Below are positions 50,193-62,333 of a DNA stretch of 64,000 bases, piece after piece. The translations under genes were made by a program, and so were the position numbers. The stretch's first letter is position 1, and each line of letters starts with the position of its first letter. This stretch comes from Neodothiora populina (Eukaryota): the NCBI RefSeq assembly GCF_041146345.1, contig NW_027191406.1:868001-932000 (forward strand). Direction: 5' to 3'. The notes below the pieces were generated by a model. It was not told the DNA's origin and searched no databases. It was given only the letters and a program-made list of their open reading frames with translations.

Positions 50193-51176
50193 CTTTTCCT
50201 TTTTTTATTCCCTTTTCTTCCCCTCTTTCTGTTTAGGGGGAGAGGTTGTTGGGTGGGAGGGTGGGTGAGGTAAAGTACTTTGGGCAGGTGCTGGCGCTGG
50301 CGTTGGCGTTGTTGTGTGTGCAGGCAGGCTGTGGAAGTTCACTTTGCTTTGATATATTGCACGTCTGATTCCGATGCAATCGTCGTCGTTGCTTCTTGGG
50401 GGTGTCGTGATGCAGTATGGTAGGCATGATACGTAAGGCACTACTACCACACACCAAGGTACCTTAATCACTGTACTTGTATACTTGATCGGCTACAGCG
50501 GACCCTATATCAATCCGATTCCCGACTTCCACTCAAGACTCCCTCTGGGGTTTTCCTTTCCTCCCTTCGGCTTCTTCGGACCGATCGCCTTTCTCCAATT
50601 CCTTGGCTCCAAGCGACTCCCAAGACTTTCTATAATTGCGAGGTCCACGGCCAAGTGCGGCCCGGCTTCGACATCCGACTTGCGGCAAGTGGGAACTGGG
50701 CGACAGATAGATCCAAGGGACAGTGACTAACTGTATCTTGGGTTTTAGGCGGAGCTAAGGCCAAGGTTTCCGTTTACCTCTAAAGAAAGTGGTGGTGTGA
50801 AAGTCAAGAAGTACAGAGTACAGTAATACAGCCAAGTACTGTAAGTCATATGTCATCGCTGCCTGCCTGTTTCCCCCCAATTCCCGCACCTTTACTTTCA
50901 TCGGAACAACGTCCCAAGCAAGTGATTACAGTACTTGTGCCAGAGTGTCTGACCTCACTCTTCCGCTGCCTGTATAGCTACCCATTACTGCTGTTATAAT
51001 ACTCCCGACCGCGAGAACCTGCTGCGCCTTCTCTCTTGTAGCCACGCAATCACAGCGCCTCGTTTTCTCTAATCACTTGCCACACTCGCTCCCACTATAT
51101 CCGATTGCACACGTTATATAACACATCACGAAGAGTCACGCACAGTCCGACCCCCGCTGTCGCGTCTCACACAATC

Positions 51177-52702
51177 ATGGGCTTCCTAAACAACCCTCTG
51201 CCCTCGTCCATGTCGAGTGAGTGATACGATCGCCTGCTCGATGACAAACAACTAAAACTCCCACCAGGCGAGTGCAAGAAGTGTGGAAAGATCCTTGCTT
51301 CGTTCGTAGATCCCCGCCAATCTTTCGGTCCTGACAAGATCATCCCGCCAAACATCCTGGCCAATGCAAAGGTGTGTTCGTGTCACAATTGTGTCTCCGT
51401 TTGATTCCGTAGTCTTGTCTGGTTTCAGAAACTCACACTCACACCAATGCGCATAGGGTCTAGCTATCATCACCGTCTTCAAGGCCGGTTTCCTGGGCAG
51501 TGGCCGTTTCGGATCGGGCCTCGTCGTCGCCAGATTGGCTGATGGATCATGGTACTACTCTATCAAGCACATGGCAAACCCCATGCGAGTGGCCAGTCAC
51601 TGACTCTTGTTTGCAGGTCTGCGCCTTCAGGCATTGGTACCGTCGGTGGTGGTTTCGGTGGTCAGATCGGTTTCGAGCTCACTGATTTCGTCTTCATCCT
51701 CAATGACTACTCCGCCGTTCGATCGTTCGCCCAGGCTGGTTCCATCACTCTCGGAGGAAACGTCTCCCTCGCCGCTGGTCCCGTGGGTCGCAACGCAGAA
51801 GCCGCCGGCGCTGCTTCTCTGAAAGGTGTCGCTGGTATTTTCGCGTACAGTAAGACAAAGGGACTGTTCGCCGGTGTCAGCTTGGAGGGTAGCGTTCTCA
51901 TCGAGAGACGAGACGCAAACGAGAAGATGTACAACCGCCGACTCACGGCGCGCGACCTGCTGGAGGGTGGAGTCCCCGTTCCGCCTCAGGCAGAGCCTCT
52001 CATGCGCGTCCTCAACAGCCGCATCTTTGCCGGTGTTGGCGGTACCGCTGGAGACACCATGTACAACGATATTCCTGTTTACGGCGAGGAAGACAGGGAT
52101 GTATGGCAAGGCAAGCAGGGTGGTGCCTATGGCGAAGGCGTGCGCACAGATCGAACAGGTACCAACGACTTCGACCCACCCCAGAGAGCAAACACCTGGC
52201 AAGACGACGTGTACGACCGACCAAACTACAACTCGCGCGCGAATCCCAACGAGACGTTTGACAGGATCGGAAGCGGAAACAGAAACCGCAGCAACAGCGC
52301 TTACGCCGACCAAAGCGACTACGTGTACAGCGACAAGAAACCGTCGAGACCTACGGCGCCCAAGCCTTCTTTCGCGTCGAAACCCTCGTTCAACTCCAAG
52401 CCGTCTTTCGCATCAACAGCCAGCCCTGGCATACCCACCCCACAGCCCGGTCAAGCCATTGCCAAATTCACCTTTGACCCCGATCAGCCTGGCGATCTCG
52501 GCTTCAAGAAGGGCGACATCATCACCGTGGTCAAGAGAACGGACAATGCTGCAGATTGGTGGACTGGAAGGATAGGTGGGCGCGAGGGCATATTCCCCAG
52601 GTGAGTTCTTTTTTTTTTTTTTGACTTGGTCTCCCGTCTTGCAACCACAACAAGCATTTTCACTGACCTGGTCGATATAGCAACTACGTCGAGCTGGTGT
52701 GA
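51177..52702 (+). CDS. YSC84: SYLF + SH3 actin/endocytosis protein Ysc84/Lsb3; 5 exons (51177-51216, 51268-51371, 51457-51551, 51617-52600, 52681-52702)
   Basis: NNPLPSSMSSECKKCGKIL, KAGFLGSGRFGSG, WSAPS, GGQIGFELTDFVFILN and YSKTKGLFAGVSLEGS; SH3 domain DLGFKKGDII...WWTG...GIFPSNYV. Confidence 0.95.
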
Positions 52703-53214
52703 AAACCGTCGTTGTGGAACGGAAGGACTTGTTGTGGAAATTAATTCTTTTTCTGTTTAGAGCTATCATGCAAAGTATATACCAGAATTCGGGAAATGAC
52801 ATAATGATGGAGAAGATGGAGAGGGGAAGAAGTGCAGAGGTGTTCCGTCTTCGAGTTCGTGCAACCAGCCAGCCATAGACTATTGCCTCGCCACTGTTGT
52901 GTGTCCTGCTTATATAGCCAAGGTAGGTCAGTAAGCTCGTGAGAGAGCTCTTTCGACACTATTGTGAGATCGCCGCATTCTTTTCTCTCCCGCTGCTGGA
53001 CATGTATACACACGGGGGGTCATATAATTCCCCTCTAGTCTCTGCCACTCCCCCTTTCCAATCAGGCTTCAAAAACGACGGACAATCCCAAGGCCAAAGC
53101 ACAGTCGAGACAGAAAGTGAAACCGCACTGTAGCCTCTCAAGAAAGCAAAACCCCACCCGTCGAAAGTTCGTAGAGCTGTGGAAACGATGCGTAGACAGC
53201 GGTCTGAACTGATC

Positions 53215-53246
53215 AGGTAGGTAGGTAGGTAGGTAGGTAGGTAGGT
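53215..53246. repeat. (AGGT)8 tetranucleotide microsatellite between convergent genes
   Basis: Perfect 32-nt run. Confidence 0.95.
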
Positions 53247-53670
53247 CTTCTTGGGTTTGTTTATTTTCTGTGTTGCCTGGCCTGGTGTTAGTTTTCAGTA
53301 GCTCTTGCTCTTTGGTTCTGTCGTGTTTTTCGCTCTGCATCTCAGCTGGTGGGCCTGGACACGAAATCCACCTCAATTATCACTGATGGGCAATATTACT
53401 CGTCTTCGCGGGACCACTCTGGTTCTACAAGTGGCACATTATCGCCGATATTTGTTTTTTGGTTTCGTTATTGGATTTTCCATCTAGCTGGCAACTCTGG
53501 TGGTGCTTGTGACTAGAAACGTAAAATAACCGACTGACAGTGGGAAAGCTCGCCAGATCCACCGAGTCAAAAAGAAAGAATAAGAAGAAAAAGGTATATC
53601 TGCGGGCTGAACCAACTCGACGGCCATAATCAAAGTAAACAGTGAAAGCAATGAGCAGCACTTCCAGACT

Positions 53671-56600
53671 TTACGCCTCCCCAGTCTTCTCGCCCTTGGC
53701 TTCCTTCCTCTTGAAGAGTCCCTTGAACGCGCCCAGCAACTTGCCCAGCCCGCCGAACAAGGCACCGAAGCCGAAACTCCATCCCTTGATTCTGACAGTG
53801 TAAATAAAGAAATACACCAGCAGCCAGTTCGTGATGACGAACATGAGGAAGATGCCAAAGTCTCTCCACTTGTCGCTGGCGTCGATGTTCAGCGTCGCGA
53901 GGAACTGGTTGCCCACCGTGTAAGGGCAGTATTGGCAGTCTGATGTCGCGTCCGGGTTGAGTAGGCGGCCACCGGCGGACGTTGCGAATGCGCCGGCATA
54001 CGATTGACATGTCTGGCCTGCGGGTACGTTGAACTGCGCCGTCTCGCTGATGTCGCATTCGATGGGGATGCCGTCGAGCGTTGCCGCTAGCACGCCTCCA
54101 ATCCAGTACGTCGAAGGGTTGACGTAGTACATCCAGTAGCGCCAGAAGACGGGCAGCTCAGAGTATGGTCTGACGACTCCGTTGAACAGCGAAAAGGTGA
54201 CGAAGAAGAATGGAAGCACATTGGAGATGACGGTGAACGAAGGTGCAAAAGCACAGATCCATTGACCCCAGCTGTTCATGAAGAAGTAAAACAGCAGAGT
54301 CATTAGATAGACATAGCCTGCTGTCGACGAGTCGGTTGGCAGACCGGTAGGGTAGTACCAGATGAGCCAGTAGACAACGGAGCAGACAATGGCCATCGGG
54401 ATCTCACACACGACCTGGGCGGTCACGAATGCAAACCAGCCGTAGATTCGGGAGGGGTGCTCACGTGCTTGCCACAAAGCCATGTTTTGATAGAACTTTG
54501 GAACAACGGCGTTGACTGCTGTTGGTGGAACAGTGAGGATCAAGAAAGCTGTGAACATTCTGTTCTGCATATCCTGGATGGAGTTGCCGAGCTGCCAGAA
54601 AGTAAATCCGTTGAAGATGCCTACAATAACGGCAGTGAAGAGCTTTCCATAGAGATATGATGGGCTTCGCCAGTGTTGGATGAAAGTGCGCTTCGTGAGC
54701 ATGACACATTGTTCCCAGACAGGAGCGGCGAATTCGGTGCCCTGGTCATGCGGGCCTACAGAGAACTGACTGCGTTGGCGCTTGAGTCCATCAATTTCTT
54801 CGACCACTGCTTCAGCTTCTGGACTGTTGGCCCATTCTTGGTTCCAGTTGACTTTGCTGCCGTCTGCCCGTCTCATTGGCTTGGCTGCGGTCTCTAGAAC
54901 AAATTCTGCAACGTTCTTTTCCGGAGGACAGTGGGCTCCACGGTCTCCGAAGTATTTGATAATGTCCTTGCCATTATGACCAATAGGTCCAAAATAGAAG
55001 GTGTTACCACCGGGATTCAGGGCAAGGACCATGTCAAATTGCTGGATCAAGACGGACGAAGGCTGATGGATAGTACAGACAATCGCTTGTCCAGCGGATG
55101 CAAGCTTCTTCAGGAAACGAACGATGCTGAAAGCGCTTTGACTGTCGAGACCAGACGTCGGTTCGTCCAAGAACAATAGAAGTGATGGCTTGGCTGCAAG
55201 TTCAACACCGATGGTCAGACGTTTGCGCTGTTCGACGCCGAGACTGCCCACAATCGCGTCTTGAATATCGTTAAGCTCCAGCAAGTCAATGACAGTGTCG
55301 ACATAAGCGATTTTTTCCGCTCGAGGTACGTCACGGTCCTGACGGAGGATTGCAGAGAACTCGAGTGCTTCCCTAATGGTAGCTGTGCCATCGTGGAGAT
55401 CCATCTGTTCGCAAAAGCCAGTGTTGCGTGCAAATTCTCTACCCAGTGGTTGACCGTCGACAAACATCTCGCCCTTGACGACACCCATCTTCTGGCGCTG
55501 ACTCAACGTGTTCAACAAGGTTGTCTTACCTGCGCCAGATGCGCCCATAAGCGCAACCATGCAGCCAGGCTTTGCGTAACCATTTACGTGGTTCAACAGC
55601 TTACGCTCGCCGCCTTGGTAGGGCACAGTGTATTCAACGTTTCTCCAGGTAAAGATGCTGTCGCTCTTCGCGATCTGTGTCAAAGCTTGATCTTGAGACT
55701 GCTCCTTAGTGAGGGTGTGTCCGATAGCTGTATCGTCGCTGCTGCTTGCACCACTGTCGTCCGCCTTTTCTGCATCGGAAGGTGCGGCTGCTGCACGAAG
55801 CTGTTTCTTGGCCTTCTTTGATTTCTTGAAAACCAGCGCTCCTCCACCAGAGCCAGCGAAAGAGAATAGCTCCGTGGCGATGACAGTAACGATGAGGTAC
55901 AGGAAGAAAAATGCAATGACGACACCAAAGTTGCGCCACAAGTGCGATCGTGTGTATGAGAAGGCAGATTGGAGATAGCCTGCGCCAGGAACAGTGTTGG
56001 AGTTGACGGCACCTCCCTTCACAGCACAGCCTTGGAACGCAGGATCAATACCGGGACCTTGAGGTACCAGCTGAGAAGGTGCGCAATCCATGATGCGGTT
56101 TGAGAATTCATTCGTGAGAACAGCCTCGAATGAGTAAGCGATGGGATTGAGATAGTAAAGCCAGCCGAACCAAATGTAGTCTCCCAGAAGTTGTGTCTTG
56201 GGAATAACATAGCCGGTGTAGATGACGAGCAAGTTCAATGCAATACCGGAAAATCGTACTGCAGTATCAATTTCTGGGCTGACAGACGCGAACATGCGGT
56301 AAAGTGCTGTTATGCAGAAAGTGGTCGTGTATACAAATAGCAAGTAAATCCAAAATTTCGAGACATCGACGTCGAGGTTTGTCATGAAATACATGATAAT
56401 CGAGAAGAGGCAGACTTGGACGAAAATCACCGGGATATCAGCCACGACCCTTCCGAGTGACACGGCGGAAGGTCGATAAAAAGCATAGTCTTTCTGGCGA
56501 GCAACTACGTTGCGGCCAGTGACAGCCTTCATGAGTTCGGTGAGTTGGAGCCAACCTAGGAAAAGGATAGAGAAGAACAGCGAACCACCTCTGGAAAAGG

Positions 56601-58323
56601 TTCCGGACGTGTCGAGGGATTGACCATAAAACAACGAACCAACGATAAGACCGTTAGAGATGATGACAAAGATTTTAGTCCAGAGTGTGGTTGTGTCGCC
56701 GAACAGGAGCCAGAATTCACGCTGAGTGGTGGCCTTGACCTGGCTGAAGAAGCTAACAGTGTAGGGTGACTTCTTGCGAACGGCTTTGGACTTGCCCTCC
56801 TGGACGGCGTCCTCAAACTCCTTCGCGTCATGGAACTGCGTTTCGTGTAGATAATGCTCGTAAGTCTCGACGTCTTGCAATGTTCGAGTATAGTAGGGTG
56901 ATTCTCTGTAGGCACGCTCAAGCTCATCAGGAGACTTTGGTGTGCTAGCTTCACATCCCTCTCTGAATTGACGTTCAACCGGGTCGGTGACTGCTGTCAG
57001 GAAATCGGCAGTAGTTTGTCTTTCAGGACAGAAAAAACCAAGGTCGATGAAGTATTGACGGGCCTCACTAGCGGGGCCTTGGAAGATGCATCGGCCTTGA
57101 TCAATGACAAGAACCTTATCCATGAGTTCATAGATACCTTCACCAGCTTGATAAAGAGTGACCAGCGTGGTTCGGTTGCTAACATCAGTCATAACACGCA
57201 ATGATTTGGCATAATCCAAAGCAGTAGATGCATCAAGACCTCTTGTTGAATTGTCCCAACATACAACCGTACTTTTGGATGCAAGTGTCTCCGCAATAGA
57301 GACACGTTTTCGCTCACCTCCGGATACACCGCGAGTGTATTCGTCGCCGACCAGGGTGTACTTGGTATGGGAGATGCCAAACATCCTCATAAGAGCATCA
57401 GCGATGACTGGAATGTTGGCTTTTGCGGTTTTGTTGGTTTTGGTCTTCAAGGCGAAGAGGAAGGTTTGCCACACAGTGAGAGTTGGCATGTGCACGTCGT
57501 CTTCCATGTTGTAATTGACTTCGCCACGGTACATCTTTGCCTGCTTATCTGCAGGTATGCCGCCATACGAAACCTCACCGAGAACGGCAGCATAATCCTC
57601 ACGCTTGTTTGCCACAGTCTTGAGGAATGTAGAGCATCCAGCACCCGGTCTTCCAAGGACAAGCATCATCTCGCCATCTCTCACAACTCCAGTGAAATCA
57701 TTGAGAAGGGTACGGGTTTCGCCACCGCCGAACCTCAAGAACGGGACGAACCGACATACAATGTGATAGAGATCCGGGCCAAATGTTCCAATGATGGCAT
57801 CCGGAAGAGTCCTTACAGTGGTCGCTGTTGAATTGACACCTTTCACCGTGAGGTTCTTGTAAACAACTCCGACCTTCTTCGCAGAACGTCCGTTTTTGCG
57901 CTTCTCAAAATGGCCCTCACCAAGAAACGAGTCGAGCGAGAAATCATCCTCCTCCTTGGAATCAGGGGAGCCTTCCGTCCTGCCCGCATGAGATTCGTCA
58001 TCTCGAGACTTCCTGCTCTGGGTTCGTGAGAGCGTGTGGATTGATTTCTGTGTAAATGATCTTGGAGTGGTTGGTCTCTGTGTTAATTGTGCGCGAAGAT
58101 GTTCGTAGTCTTCCATAGCCATAGTAGTAGACATATGACCCGCATCGCTCTCTCCCCAGGTACCATCTCGATCTTTGTCGTCAGACCCGGACGACGAGCC
58201 TGGACGCTCATTGACATGTTGCTGTGTTGCCGCTGAGTCGCCAGGATTGTGCAATGTGTTGTATTGTTGATGGCTATGAGTCCGCGACATCTGCGCGTCG
58301 TCGGGGACGCTGGTACCCCACAT
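53671..58323 (-). CDS. Full-size ABCG/PDR multidrug transporter (NBD-TMD)2, AtrF-like; intronless
   Basis: NBD1 GRPGAGCST, VSGGERKRVSIAE and CWDNSTRGLD; NBD2 GASGAGKTT, LGVEQRKRLTIGVEL and FLDEPTSGLD; PDR/CDR extracellular Cys motifs. First ATG is at 58323. Confidence 0.95.
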   Translation of the reverse strand: MWGTSVPDDAQMSRTHSHQQYNTLHNPGDSAATQQHVNERPGSSSGSDDKDRDGTWGESDAGHMSTTMAMEDYEHLRAQLTQRPTTPRSFTQKSIHTLSRTQSRKSRDDESHAGRTEGSPDSKEEDDFSLDSFLGEGHFEKRKNGRSAKKVGVVYKNLTVKGVNSTATTVRTLPDAIIGTFGPDLYHIVCRFVPFLRFGGGETRTLLNDFTGVVRDGEMMLVLGRPGAGCSTFLKTVANKREDYAAVLGEVSYGGIPADKQAKMYRGEVNYNMEDDVHMPTLTVWQTFLFALKTKTNKTAKANIPVIADALMRMFGISHTKYTLVGDEYTRGVSGGERKRVSIAETLASKSTVVCWDNSTRGLDASTALDYAKSLRVMTDVSNRTTLVTLYQAGEGIYELMDKVLVIDQGRCIFQGPASEARQYFIDLGFFCPERQTTADFLTAVTDPVERQFREGCEASTPKSPDELERAYRESPYYTRTLQDVETYEHYLHETQFHDAKEFEDAVQEGKSKAVRKKSPYTVSFFSQVKATTQREFWLLFGDTTTLWTKIFVIISNGLIVGSLFYGQSLDTSGTFSRGGSLFFSILFLGWLQLTELMKAVTGRNVVARQKDYAFYRPSAVSLGRVVADIPVIFVQVCLFSIIMYFMTNLDVDVSKFWIYLLFVYTTTFCITALYRMFASVSPEIDTAVRFSGIALNLLVIYTGYVIPKTQLLGDYIWFGWLYYLNPIAYSFEAVLTNEFSNRIMDCAPSQLVPQGPGIDPAFQGCAVKGGAVNSNTVPGAGYLQSAFSYTRSHLWRNFGVVIAFFFLYLIVTVIATELFSFAGSGGGALVFKKSKKAKKQLRAAAAPSDAEKADDSGASSSDDTAIGHTLTKEQSQDQALTQIAKSDSIFTWRNVEYTVPYQGGERKLLNHVNGYAKPGCMVALMGASGAGKTTLLNTLSQRQKMGVVKGEMFVDGQPLGREFARNTGFCEQMDLHDGTATIREALEFSAILRQDRDVPRAEKIAYVDTVIDLLELNDIQDAIVGSLGVEQRKRLTIGVELAAKPSLLLFLDEPTSGLDSQSAFSIVRFLKKLASAGQAIVCTIHQPSSVLIQQFDMVLALNPGGNTFYFGPIGHNGKDIIKYFGDRGAHCPPEKNVAEFVLETAAKPMRRADGSKVNWNQEWANSPEAEAVVEEIDGLKRQRSQFSVGPHDQGTEFAAPVWEQCVMLTKRTFIQHWRSPSYLYGKLFTAVIVGIFNGFTFWQLGNSIQDMQNRMFTAFLILTVPPTAVNAVVPKFYQNMALWQAREHPSRIYGWFAFVTAQVVCEIPMAIVCSVVYWLIWYYPTGLPTDSSTAGYVYLMTLLFYFFMNSWGQWICAFAPSFTVISNVLPFFFVTFSLFNGVVRPYSELPVFWRYWMYYVNPSTYWIGGVLAATLDGIPIECDISETAQFNVPAGQTCQSYAGAFATSAGGRLLNPDATSDCQYCPYTVGNQFLATLNIDASDKWRDFGIFLMFVITNWLLVYFFIYTVRIKGWSFGFGALFGGLGKLLGAFKGLFKRKEAKGEKTGEA

Positions 58324-60882
58324 GTTGACGGGATTACTTTCGAAGAGAAGATCAATCCCGAGGAACAGAGGTCTGGAAAGAGGAACGAGTAATTCGCAGA
58401 TAAGTGAAATTGTTTGCGAGATGAGCGAACATTGAAATGAAAGAACGTGGCACTGAGCAAGCACCAGTCACCCACCTGTAACTAGATCGGCACTTACGGA
58501 GTTTAGCTTTTCAATGCATATCGAGCCATCTAATTTCTAAGCGGCACCTATTGGGAAGTTTGATGTTTACGTCACTTCGGGAGGATTGAATTCACGACAG
58601 TTGGGTTTCGTCCTCCCACGGAAATGGATCCCCACTACGCACCAGCCTGATGTTGAGCATGGCGTGTCGATCTCTCGAACTCTAACCACACGGCACACTC
58701 ATCTTGACTCATCTTGACTGGTCTCGGGTAAGCTTTCCATCACCGCATACAGAAAACTAGACACCGCACATAACACGATACTGTTCTGTCACATTCCTCA
58801 TTAATCTATACATGCCAACATATGAAATACGCATGCCACATCGCTCAAGCATGACCGGCAGAATTGGCCAGCAGTCTGCCAGTGCATTCCGTGAGTCAGT
58901 CGAACGGATGTACGGCGCTAATCCCCTGTGCACCTGCATCTGACTACCTAGATAAGGTACTGTATATCTCCACAGATGGCCTTAACGCAAGTCAATATGC
59001 CTATCTCCGCTTTACCTCCTCTAAACTCCCCAGTAAAAATTGATTGGGGTGAAGAGGCTGAAAGGACTTATTTCCACTACGGGTACGCTCCACACCTGCG
59101 AATATTTCACTCTATCTCGCCAAGTAGTTTGCGCGTGTCCACACTTGGCTGCACAGATGCCCTGTTGCTGGAGGTGTATTTATAATCAAGTTGTGCTACA
59201 TAAGATACCTTACAGTAGTACTTTGCACATAGCTTCGCTAGCACATGATAAGTAAGCTATTGTGTGATCCTGCGCTGTATAAGGCCAAGCGATATAAGCG
59301 ACTTCTTCTCATTTGACGAGCGAAGACCTTATGTCGGCATGGGTGCGCAACAATTGTTGCCTTTCCCTCATATGGTGAAGTAGCACTCGTATACTTATGC
59401 CATTACTGTGAGACAGTGAAGAATGTTTTTAGGCAGCATCATTGTACGCATCTCCAGGAGAAGGTCACACTGAATTATCCTTGGTCTACCAGTGTTGAGC
59501 GCATTTGAAACACGAATGAGCATAAATATGGCAGGTTGCCAATAGCCGGGGCTTCAACAGAATTTTCGACATATTTTCTGCATTGTCCGTTCGTGGACCC
59601 ACACAGAGGTGGGCCCATCGTGCTCAAACCACATCTGTAGTGGGTACAGGTTGCACTATCTCTTTCTCTCAGTGGGGCATCTAACATTGCGTGAGTAATG
59701 CGAAAGCTGAATGCCTCCCGATATGATTCACAGACTTTACTCCACAGCTCGGTTGTTCTGGCTTCTATTATACAGTATGCAGCACATAAAGCTTCGGCTC
59801 AGTAAGGTTTGCTATTATTCATATCAATTACCTTAGTCGGTACAGCGTCTTCACGAGCTTCGTGAGTGTAACGAACATCATGGTAAGACGGTGCGCCATG
59901 CACGCTGTGCAGTCCGCGGCATAAGAGTGTATCTTACTCAAGGTACTAGGGAATATATCCTACTCTTCTTCGTGCGAATGGACTACCTTGGCAGCCAGGA
60001 TGCGACTCCCTCTCCCTGCATTAAATTTCGAAATCGCGAAAGTGACTTGGCAGAACATAGCCGCGACACTCCTAATGGATATGCTGTATGCAGAAAGGAA
60101 TCCTCTGCACCAAGTAAAATGGAAAGATATCGTTCTGTAAGTGCCCAGAGCTCCACCAATGGAGCTACGACCATGTGACATTTCCTGCAGTCGGATCATC
60201 TTCTGCCCGTGTTTGTGATGGACGATTTCCCAATCTACAATTACTAATCGTAAGTGTGAGCCTCAAAGCTTGAATGAAGCACGCTGCATGTGAGGACCCT
60301 TACCATGGCTTATTACCCATGTCGGCAATTACAGCCACGAGCAGTAGCAGAAGTTGATGTGCATCCGGGCCGAGGTGTGGTGTCTAATCTCATTGTACGT
60401 GTAGCCTGTTCTGCGTCTGTAAAATGACAGCGGCTCTCCTGCATGCGAAGGCAGTGTTATCAGAGGACGGTTTTAGGTCACCGGTGGCACACGAAACACA
60501 GTAGAGGGTCGGCGTTTTTCGACAGGTCGTGCTCCTCGGACCTTCCCTGTTAACACCGCATGTTCTCGGGTCACGAAAAAATCAAGGTCCTTGTGCTTTG
60601 CAATCTTTCCACCAACGTCTTACTGAATGCGTCTCGAACTTCGTCTCAAGTCATTCAAAGACCCAGAATTGTACTGATTTCCATTAACAGTCCACACACC
60701 TCCAATCCTCGGTGGACGTTGCGATTCGTCATCGCTCGAGATCTACTTGAGGTGACATTTAGGACATACATAGTACATAGCAGGGGCATCTTGTACCCAA
60801 TACTGATACACCGTGTAAGTTCCATGCCTTAGTCTCTGAACACGGTGTTCTGCGTCTTTGCAGGACATCATCATGTGCTGCG

Positions 60883-62333
60883 TTAATCGAACGTGACCTT
60901 TTTACCCTGGTACGATGCCGTGACCTTTGCCTCTTTGGCCTTTTTGGCAGCTTCCCATGAAGGATGAAGTGGACCAGAGTCGTCTCTATGTTTCTTCGGA
61001 GGGAGTTTGCCAACGTCCTTGGCTTCGAATGTTCTCGGAGCACTTCTGCCAGATCTAGGCTGCAAGCCTCGCTTTCGAGGGCCCGAACCGTCAGTGGCGC
61101 CTCTCTTCGGATCCCATCCTTGATTCCTGTCGTTCTTGCCTGCCGCAGCTTGCTTCTGCAAATGTTTCGCGTTCTTGCCATATTTCTTTTCCAGAATAGC
61201 CTGGCGAGCACGCTGACCTCTTCTGTTCTTTCTCGGCGCAACATCCACGTCGTCTTCTGGTTCAGACTCGGAACCAGACCAGTAGCCACCCATTGTAAGA
61301 GATGGAATGAATGCTGATTTTGTCGGCTTGGCGCTCGATTTAGAGAGCCGAGTAGGTTCCGGAGATGCTGATGGAGAAACATCCGCTGTGGTAGACCGCA
61401 GAGGTCGCGCGCGCAAGGCCTTGCCCTTCTCTGGCTCTGAGCTGAGTTCTTCGTCATCTTCGTCTTCGTCCGAGGAAGCTGCTATTCTACTGTCGAATTT
61501 CGCAAAGTCGTCCGAGTCATATTCAGCTCCCAGGTCACTTTGCGCATCTTGTTCGTTCTCACTATCGCTAAAGTCATCCTCGTTGTCAGAGTGGGGACGC
61601 CTCGCCATTCTGAGTGCAGGCGTTGGATCGTCGTTGTCCGCATCGTCCTCGGACTCTTCGTCGGAGACTGAAGCTGCGCGTTGTTTGCTCTTCGCACTAA
61701 TTTTAGTTGCCTTTTGCGCATCTTCAAAATCCTTTGCGCGCAGTCGCTTCTTGCCGTTCAGCGTGGTCTCAGGGATCTTCACGCCCAAGGCTAGGTTTAT
61801 CTCCTTGAGTACCGACGGCAAAGCTTCCTTCACGGGATTCGAGTTGCACAGGCGTGCTATGACATTTGCAGTAGCGGTGTTAGGCATGGGGGCCGGAGGC
61901 CTTGATACAACCTTGGGAAGATCGGGAGATTCAGCAATAGCCTTGAATTTGAGAAGCGATTTATGTAGATAGTTCTTGGCCGCAGCTGCAAAGTCCAGAG
62001 TCTGCATGAGGGATTGTCTGTCAGCAACACGATCGCCGTCACCAGACTTCGGATCTACTTCATGGAGATGCGACGCCCACAACACACCTTGATCGCCTCG
62101 GTCTCGGCATCGATACGCTGCACATCTTTGCTATCGCCCTTCTCACAAGCCGTTTTGCGCCTCCGTCCCAGCTTCTGCCTCTCGAAGCCCTTCGCAGTCT
62201 TGAAAGCCCTGTTGAGCAGCTTGTAGCCTTGCTCCAACTTGTGTTCCACTCGGCGCTGTCGCATGCTCTTGCCCTGCTCCTCACCGCTCTCTGCGGCGGG
62301 GCTCTCAGCTCCGTCTCTCTTGCGTTTGGGCAT
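60883..62333 (-). CDS. BUD22: Ribosome-biogenesis protein Bud22; 2 exons (62333-62088, 62001-60883)
   Basis: AKGFERQKLGRR, FIPSLTMGGYWSGSES, RKNRRGQRARQAILEKKYG and LHPSWEAAKKAKE...GKKVTFD. Intron 62087-62002. Confidence 0.93.

Noticed and set aside
51627..52575. Long antisense or alternative-frame ORFs over real genes (also 7316-8143, 22752-23459, 48348-49103, 61307-61972)
   Set aside because: Shadow ORFs expected from GC-rich codon bias and low-complexity coding sequence; no independent motifs.
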